In this document: positions 59,168 to 64,000 of the stretch, piece after piece | Numbering within the stretch: the first letter of the stretch is position 1 | Layout: every line of letters begins with the position of its first letter | IMG/VR virus record: IMGVR_UViG_3300005613_000034 | Origin: a virus | Taxonomy: Duplodnaviria > Heunggongvirae > Uroviricota > Caudoviricetes | Direction: 5' to 3' (one strand) | Length of the DNA: 64,000 bases | Made by a program: the position numbers and the translations under genes | The notes under the pieces: generated by a model | What the model was told of the DNA's origin: nothing | The model's input: only the letters and a program-made list of their open reading frames with translations | Database searches by the model: none

Positions 59168-60208
59168 ATGACATATAAAAGAAAATTAAAAAAATTATTG
59201 AAAGTCGTTTCGACAGGAAATTTTTCATATTTATGGGCCCCCAAAAGAATTCAATTTATTCCTACACTAAAATGTAATCTTAATTGTAAAATGTGTCATC
59301 AGAAAGATATTAAACATGCTGGAGAACGCGAAATGTCTTTAGCGGAAATTAATAATAAATTACGAGAACTCAAAAATATGGGTATTCATCAAATTGCGTT
59401 TGTTGGTGGAGAAGTTTTTGTAAATAAAAGACGCGGGTTTGAGATCCTTGATTTGGCGGAACAACACAAATTTTTATTTAGTGTAGCTACAAATGGGTTT
59501 AGACTTGAAGATGAAGATATTGAAAAACTTGCAAAATATCGGGGGCTTGTAGAAGTTGATATTTCGGTTGATGGGCCACAAGAAGTGCACGATAAAATTC
59601 GCGGAGTTCCGGATGCTTATATGTGGGCTGAACATGCTATAATTAAATGTAAAGAGTTAGATATCCCGGTTGCAACAGTTACTGTTATTCAAAAAGATAA
59701 TATAAAATGGTTACCTTGGTTAGCAAGAAAACTTGCAATAAATGGAGTTGTACAAGCAACTTTTGTATATGAATATTCAGTATCCGAAAAAGAAATTGAA
59801 GATACAAAAAAGATTATTCACTCGTTAACTGGAAAAAGTTCTACGATTTTTGCTAGTCATAGTGTTGGTAAGAATACTTTTAAGTATTCGTTGAAAGATT
59901 TGGTGGATAAGTTTTCTCAGATGGAATTTTTTGCTAATTATCATGGGATGAAACTTAATTTACAGGCGCGGGATTTAGATGTGTTAAAATCTGTAAAAAA
60001 TAAGTCTATAACAAAAGATTTTGATTGTAGTTGTGAAAGTATTAGCGAATTGAATCAAGTTGATTGGACTGGGGCGTTTGATTTTTGTCCGTTTATTAGA
60101 ATTGATGGTGCGTCTAAAGAAGAAGTTTTAGAAGTTCAGAAAAAGATTAAAACGCTTCCAATTTGCGATCGTTGTTGTGGTTTGACTATAGGGGAGTTGA
60201 AAAAATGA
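59168..60208 (+). CDS. radical SAM protein with C-terminal SPASM/twitch-like Cys cluster
   Basis: CNLNCKMC CxxxCxxC; C-terminal CSCES..CPF..CDRCCG. Confidence 0.8.
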   Translation: MTYKRKLKKLLKVVSTGNFSYLWAPKRIQFIPTLKCNLNCKMCHQKDIKHAGEREMSLAEINNKLRELKNMGIHQIAFVGGEVFVNKRRGFEILDLAEQHKFLFSVATNGFRLEDEDIEKLAKYRGLVEVDISVDGPQEVHDKIRGVPDAYMWAEHAIIKCKELDIPVATVTVIQKDNIKWLPWLARKLAINGVVQATFVYEYSVSEKEIEDTKKIIHSLTGKSSTIFASHSVGKNTFKYSLKDLVDKFSQMEFFANYHGMKLNLQARDLDVLKSVKNKSITKDFDCSCESISELNQVDWTGAFDFCPFIRIDGASKEEVLEVQKKIKTLPICDRCCGLTIGELKK

Positions 60209-60390
60209 GTTTAAGAAGTTGGCATCAAGTAGTGGGGAGTTTTGGGTTTTTAATTTTAATAGCATTTTTGGGGCAATTACTTGAATCAAGGTCAATTTCA
60301 ATTTTTATATTAATGATAATGCTTTTTATTTGTGGAATGTTTTTTGGTTATGGAATACTCATTCCAGTAAAAGAGGATGTGAAAAAATGA
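60205..60390 (+). CDS. small membrane protein
   Basis: 2 TM; start taken at MSLRSW after GGAG. Confidence 0.4.
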   Translation: MSLRSWHQVVGSFGFLILIAFLGQLLESRSISIFILMIMLFICGMFFGYGILIPVKEDVKK

Positions 60391-60680
60391 CTTTAGATAT
60401 GTATGGAAATCCTGTTTTGCCGTGGTATGCTAAATTTGGGTTCATTCTTGGAGCAATAATTGCATTTATACAAATCCCACTTATAATATCACATTTTTTA
60501 CAAATAGAAAATGTTGAACAACCAATAAGGCCGATTGTAACTTCTTTGCCAGATGCAATTGATATTATATTAACTTCTTGGTGGATTATGTTATGGGTAT
60601 TAATTTTGGCTATATTAATAGGAATTATTTCAGCAGTAATAGAAATGTATGGGTTGCCGCGGGAGGATGAGATACATTGA
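60387..60680 (+). CDS. small membrane protein
   Basis: 2-3 TM; start taken at MTLDMYG. Confidence 0.4.
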   Translation: MTLDMYGNPVLPWYAKFGFILGAIIAFIQIPLIISHFLQIENVEQPIRPIVTSLPDAIDIILTSWWIMLWVLILAILIGIISAVIEMYGLPREDEIH

Positions 60681-61624
60681 ACCCCAAAAAAATTATAAAA
60701 GGAACAATATATAATTCAATGTTTCGCTTTGTGCGAACCCCATGCAAAGTATTGATTATTAATGACGGGGCTTTGGGAGATTTTATCCACGGGCTTCCTT
60801 TTGTTAATATTTTACAGGAAGAAGGGTATGATGTTACGATTTTGAGTAATGAAAATTATAAAAGTCGGCTTGGATATAAAATTACTAATGATTATAATGT
60901 TATTGATGATAAAGAATTTAAAATGATTTTTTTGATGAACGAAAAACCTCATGACAAAAAATTTTGGTTTAAAAATACATTTGATTTTAATGCCCGCAGA
61001 AGCATTTTAAAGGCACTTGGGCTTTGGAGAGAAAAACATTGGGCTGATTTTTATTTATTTTGGGCAGAAGATTTTTTAAAAAAGAAAATTGTTTATAAAC
61101 ATTTTTATAAATCTTCTAAAGAAGATATTGTTTTTCACGCGGGTTCTTCTAATCCGGCAAAAAATTGGGATATAAAAAATTTTATAACAGTTTATAAATC
61201 AATAAAATCTGATAACAAATATTTTATTGTGGGCCCAGATGATACACATTTAATTCCATATCTTGAATATTATAATTGTGAATATATTATAAGTAATTCA
61301 TTGAATCAATTGTTAGAAATTGCATCTAAAACAGCGGTTTTTATTGGTAATGATTCTGGGGTTGGGCATGTTTTTTCATTATTTGATGGAAAAATTGTAA
61401 GTATTTTTACTATAGGATGTGGATATACCCATTTCCCGTTTAATAAAAATACTTTATTTTATTTTGATTATCATGTATTTAAAAAATATTTAGTTGTAGA
61501 TAAAATAATCCCAATAAAACTCACCCCACAAACATTGATTAGTGCTATAAATCAATTTTTGAATGATGAATATGTATATTTTTATAATTTTTATTATGGA
61601 AAAGAGTCGGCAAAACATTTATAA
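60677..61624 (+). CDS. glycosyltransferase family 9 (heptosyltransferase-like)
   Basis: N-terminal LIINDGALGDFIHGLP; C-terminal GNDSGVGH. Confidence 0.65.
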   Translation: MNPKKIIKGTIYNSMFRFVRTPCKVLIINDGALGDFIHGLPFVNILQEEGYDVTILSNENYKSRLGYKITNDYNVIDDKEFKMIFLMNEKPHDKKFWFKNTFDFNARRSILKALGLWREKHWADFYLFWAEDFLKKKIVYKHFYKSSKEDIVFHAGSSNPAKNWDIKNFITVYKSIKSDNKYFIVGPDDTHLIPYLEYYNCEYIISNSLNQLLEIASKTAVFIGNDSGVGHVFSLFDGKIVSIFTIGCGYTHFPFNKNTLFYFDYHVFKKYLVVDKIIPIKLTPQTLISAINQFLNDEYVYFYNFYYGKESAKHL

Positions 61625-61662
61625 ATTGTTCGCTAGACTATATATATGGAGATGATAGTTAG

Positions 61663-62064
61663 ATGGCGTTTTTAGATAAAGTTTTTATTTTTGGATTCGT
61701 TTTTTTGTTGATTTTTGCATTTGTGGCAAACACAGCACAACACGAATTTGCGCACAAAACATTCAATGAAAAATATGGAATTGAGTCCGAATATTTTATG
61801 AATTTACCTTGGAGTGTTGGGGTTAGAAGTTATGGTGAACAACCTGCAGATTTAAAGTTGTTACATGGAATGAATGAGGTTGTAAATTATAATTTAGCTC
61901 CATTTTTAATGAGTATTATAGCTTTACTTGGAATGGGGTTTTGGTTTATAGGTAATAAAATCGATGAACATGTAAAAGATTTAAAACAACATGGAATAAC
62001 TATAGAAGCAATTTCTACTAATGCAAGAGAAGAAGTTATATTAGATGAGGTGAAAATAATATGA
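61663..62064 (+). CDS. membrane protein with HExxH motif
   Basis: TM helices; QHEFAHK. Confidence 0.45.
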   Translation: MAFLDKVFIFGFVFLLIFAFVANTAQHEFAHKTFNEKYGIESEYFMNLPWSVGVRSYGEQPADLKLLHGMNEVVNYNLAPFLMSIIALLGMGFWFIGNKIDEHVKDLKQHGITIEAISTNAREEVILDEVKII

Positions 62065-62336
62065 TAAAATTTTTTCCAAAGAAACCAAAAAAATGTAGTA
62101 TATGTCTTGAAGAGAAGATTATATATAAATCAATGAAAAAGGGGTTAACATCTTTTGATTATTGTAAAGATTGTTATGATGATTATTATAAAAAAATAGA
62201 AAGTCGGGTTACACAACAAGTTCAGGCCGCTGTAAAAGCAGGTAGGAAAATTGGAATGAAAGATGCTCTTGATATTACTAAAAAAGTAACAGCAGAAATT
62301 GAAGCAGAAAATGAGGCGGAAAAAAATGATAGTTGA
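62061..62336 (+). CDS. zinc-finger protein
   Basis: CSICL...CKDC. Confidence 0.4.
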   Translation: MIKFFPKKPKKCSICLEEKIIYKSMKKGLTSFDYCKDCYDDYYKKIESRVTQQVQAAVKAGRKIGMKDALDITKKVTAEIEAENEAEKNDS

Positions 62337-62727
62337 TTTTTTAAATTCTGTATTTACAGCTAATTGGCCAGCATATTTAAGTATATTAATAATATTTTTA
62401 ACAATTGAATGGTTTTATTTTAATAAAGATAGTGGTAAAGAAATAAAAGAAATGGGGTATTATTGTTATAAAATATTTTGTATTTTGACTGGGGTAGTTG
62501 TAGGACTTATTGCGTCAGTAGCTGTGTTGTTAATAATAGCAATGTCAGATATAGGATTAAAAACATTAAAAACATTTATTATTAATACACCAAATATATA
62601 TTTTATTTATTCTATAATTGGTATATTTGGGCTTATTGTGTTCATTATTATTAATGTTCAAATAAGAAAATATGTAGATAAAAGGAGGCGAAAAAATGGC
62701 AATAAAAAAGAAACAAGAAAAAATTAG
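62326..62727 (+). CDS. membrane protein (4 TM)
   Basis: start taken at MIVDFLNS. Confidence 0.4.
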   Translation: MIVDFLNSVFTANWPAYLSILIIFLTIEWFYFNKDSGKEIKEMGYYCYKIFCILTGVVVGLIASVAVLLIIAMSDIGLKTLKTFIINTPNIYFIYSIIGIFGLIVFIIINVQIRKYVDKRRRKNGNKKETRKN

Positions 62728-62986
62728 TATTCCTATGATTATATTAGGGGTTCTAATAATTTTTGGTATAGGATCTGTATTTGGGGCTGGGTTAATAATC
62801 TTAAATGAAAGTCCTACAGAATATCACCAAGAATTTGGATTGTCTGAAAGTGATTTCAATAAATTAATAGCACTTGAATATGAAGGCGGGTTTTGTGAAA
62901 GACTTGGATTAGAATCAAATGTTTTAGTTCAAGATTTAAATGGAACTCCATATGGTGTACCAATATGTGTGGCAGGTGAAAAATAA
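62696..62986 (+). CDS. N-terminally anchored/secreted small protein
   Basis: TM/signal then soluble domain with 2 Cys. Confidence 0.4.
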   Translation: MAIKKKQEKISIPMIILGVLIIFGIGSVFGAGLIILNESPTEYHQEFGLSESDFNKLIALEYEGGFCERLGLESNVLVQDLNGTPYGVPICVAGEK

Positions 62987-63052
62987 TGAAATGCCCAAAC
63001 TGTGGAAGTGAAGAATATAACTCTAATGGAAACTTGAATCAATGTTTGGAAT

Positions 63053-63268
63053 GTGGAATTTTTTTTCAAAACACTAATGAGGAAGATAAAAATGAGTAAA
63101 AAAAATTTAAACCCGGGTGGAGAAGATGCGGTGAAATGCGGGTGCACTTGCGCGGTTTTAGATAATGGTCGTGGGAATCCTGAACTTGGGAGAATTCGCG
63201 GGTTTTATATAACAAAAGGATGCCCATTACATGATAGAGAAGAAGATAAAATTAGGTGGGATGATTAG
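63053..63268 (+). CDS. hypothetical Cys-containing protein (71 aa)
   Basis: CGCTCAVL...GCPLH. Confidence 0.35.
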   Translation: MEFFFKTLMRKIKMSKKNLNPGGEDAVKCGCTCAVLDNGRGNPELGRIRGFYITKGCPLHDREEDKIRWDD

Positions 63269-63270
63269 AT

Positions 63271-63606
63271 ATGATAGAAGTTATATTAATATGTATTTTT
63301 GGGGTAATTTTTGGTGAAATAATTTATTTATTTGTTATTCCAAAAAAGGATTTAGAAAAAGATGGTTATTTTATTTCTAAATTATTTGCACTAACAATGG
63401 GGGTTTGTATTCCAACGATTGGATACATCGGGTTCTTAATGTTATCACAAATAGATGAAGTAATTAAACTGTTAATGAATACTGTTATGTCTCCTACAGT
63501 TTTAGGACTTTTGGGGGCAATTGGGGTGCTATTAATAGTGTTCGGATATTTCAAATTGAATGAAATGTTAAGAAGATATCTTGACAAGAGACGTGAAAAT
63601 CAATGA
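63271..63606 (+). CDS. membrane protein (3-4 TM)
   Basis: hydrophobic segments. Confidence 0.4.
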   Translation: MIEVILICIFGVIFGEIIYLFVIPKKDLEKDGYFISKLFALTMGVCIPTIGYIGFLMLSQIDEVIKLLMNTVMSPTVLGLLGAIGVLLIVFGYFKLNEMLRRYLDKRRENQ

Positions 63607-63875
63607 GAAAAATATGTGTAGATTTTGACAAAACACTATGCAGTGATGATAAATTTGGAAAACCAAATAAAAAAGTTGTAGCTTACCTGAAACGTGAACA
63701 ACGTTTTGGGGCGCAACTTTATATCAACACTTCCAGAACAAATTTACATCATCAAGAAATAATTAATTGGTTAAAAAAACACAAATTATTTGATATGTTT
63801 TTTAATATTTATTATAAAAAACCAGAAGCTGACGTTTATGTTGATGATAAGGCATTAAATGTTAATGATATATAG
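63603..63875 (+). CDS. small HAD-superfamily-like phosphatase domain protein
   Basis: motif I CVDFDKTLC (DxDxT). Confidence 0.5.
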   Translation: MRKICVDFDKTLCSDDKFGKPNKKVVAYLKREQRFGAQLYINTSRTNLHHQEIINWLKKHKLFDMFFNIYYKKPEADVYVDDKALNVNDI

Positions 63876-63948
63876 GGGCGGGTAGCTTAGTGGTTGGAGC
63901 ACTCGACTGATAATCGAGAGGTCGGGAGTTCAAGTCTCCCCCTGCCCA
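63876..63948 (+). tRNA. tRNA-Ile (anticodon GAU)
   Basis: GGGCGGG/CCTGCCC acceptor with one G-U pair; D stem GCTT/GAGC; anticodon arm CTCGA-CTGATAA-TCGAG; T-arm GGGAG-TTCAAGT-CTCCC; discriminator A. Confidence 0.85.
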
Positions 63949-63952
63949 TTCA

Positions 63953-64000
63953 AGCCCCGTAGTGTAGCGGCCAAGCATTCAGGACTTTGAATCCTGCGAC
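63953..64000 (+). tRNA. tRNA-Gln (anticodon UUG), truncated at window end
   Basis: A1-start AGCCCCG acceptor, archaeal-type; anticodon arm CAGGA-CTTTGAA-TCCTG; CGAC variable region. Confidence 0.7.

Noticed and set aside
1-64000. Tailed-phage packaging or structural genes (terminase, portal, HK97 capsid, tail tape measure)
   Set aside because: No ORF shows Walker-A/nuclease terminase architecture or portal or capsid hallmarks. The 1743-aa protein lacks tape-measure-like regularity. Hence the non-tailed interpretation, though such genes could lie outside the window.

Overview
AT-rich (~30% GC), densely packed window. About 55 kb of genes runs on the minus strand (1-55.5 kb), with tight ATGA stop/start overlaps. 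At ~55.6 kb a tyrosine integrase begins a plus-strand block that runs to the window end. The window closes with an archaeal-type tRNA-Ile(GAU) and a truncated tRNA-Gln(UUG). The tRNA-Gln starts A1 and has a CGAC variable region. Genes use strong GGAGG-type Shine-Dalgarno sites. The content looks like a large non-tailed archaeal virus or provirus, or an integrative element. There is a full replication and repair toolkit: a compact family-B DNA polymerase, a prim-pol (AEP) fused to a P-loop domain, a D5/P4-type SF3 helicase, an ATP-dependent DNA ligase, and a class III RNR (NrdD) interrupted by a LAGLIDADG intein. Nucleases include an XPF/Hef ERCC4 nuclease, a Cas4-like nuclease and a metallophosphoesterase. 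There are several homing-endonuclease-like genes: HNH in two copies, a NUMOD3+Vsr-like gene, and the intein. A putative structural block holds a 453-aa Ca-motif protein, a 1743-aa giant protein with an HExxH motif and Pro/Tyr tandem repeats, two paralogous small hydrophobic proteins and a secreted FGC-motif protein. No terminase, portal or HK97-type capsid gene is visible. The most unusual parts are listed here. (i) The first ~4.6 kb is an array of at least 12 short genes plus a beta-class DNA methyltransferase and a PAPS-reductase-like gene. These are joined by a conserved ~21-nt junction, AAAGGAGTTGAAAT(A)GAAATGAG. It forces a KELK-stop C-terminus on non-homologous upstream proteins and supplies the SD and MRM start for the next gene. 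Two more copies and a paralogous gene lie 40 kb away. (ii) A MoxR-like AAA+ ATPase and a VWA/HExxH protein sit in one operon with three tandem paralogs and a fourth copy upstream. (iii) A sugar aminotransferase, an epimerase, an SPFH protein and membrane proteins form a cassette bracketed by HNH-endonuclease paralogs. (iv) A tRNA-like minihelix overlaps the ligase 3' end. (v) A 21-nt motif repeated three times, with GC hairpins, lies upstream of paralogous small genes. (vi) There are iteron-rich candidate origins. (vii) A plus-strand radical-SAM/SPASM, methyltransferase and GT9 glycosyltransferase cluster sits beside small Cys-rich lipoproteins. All functional calls rest on motifs read from the translated ORFs. 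No database search was run.
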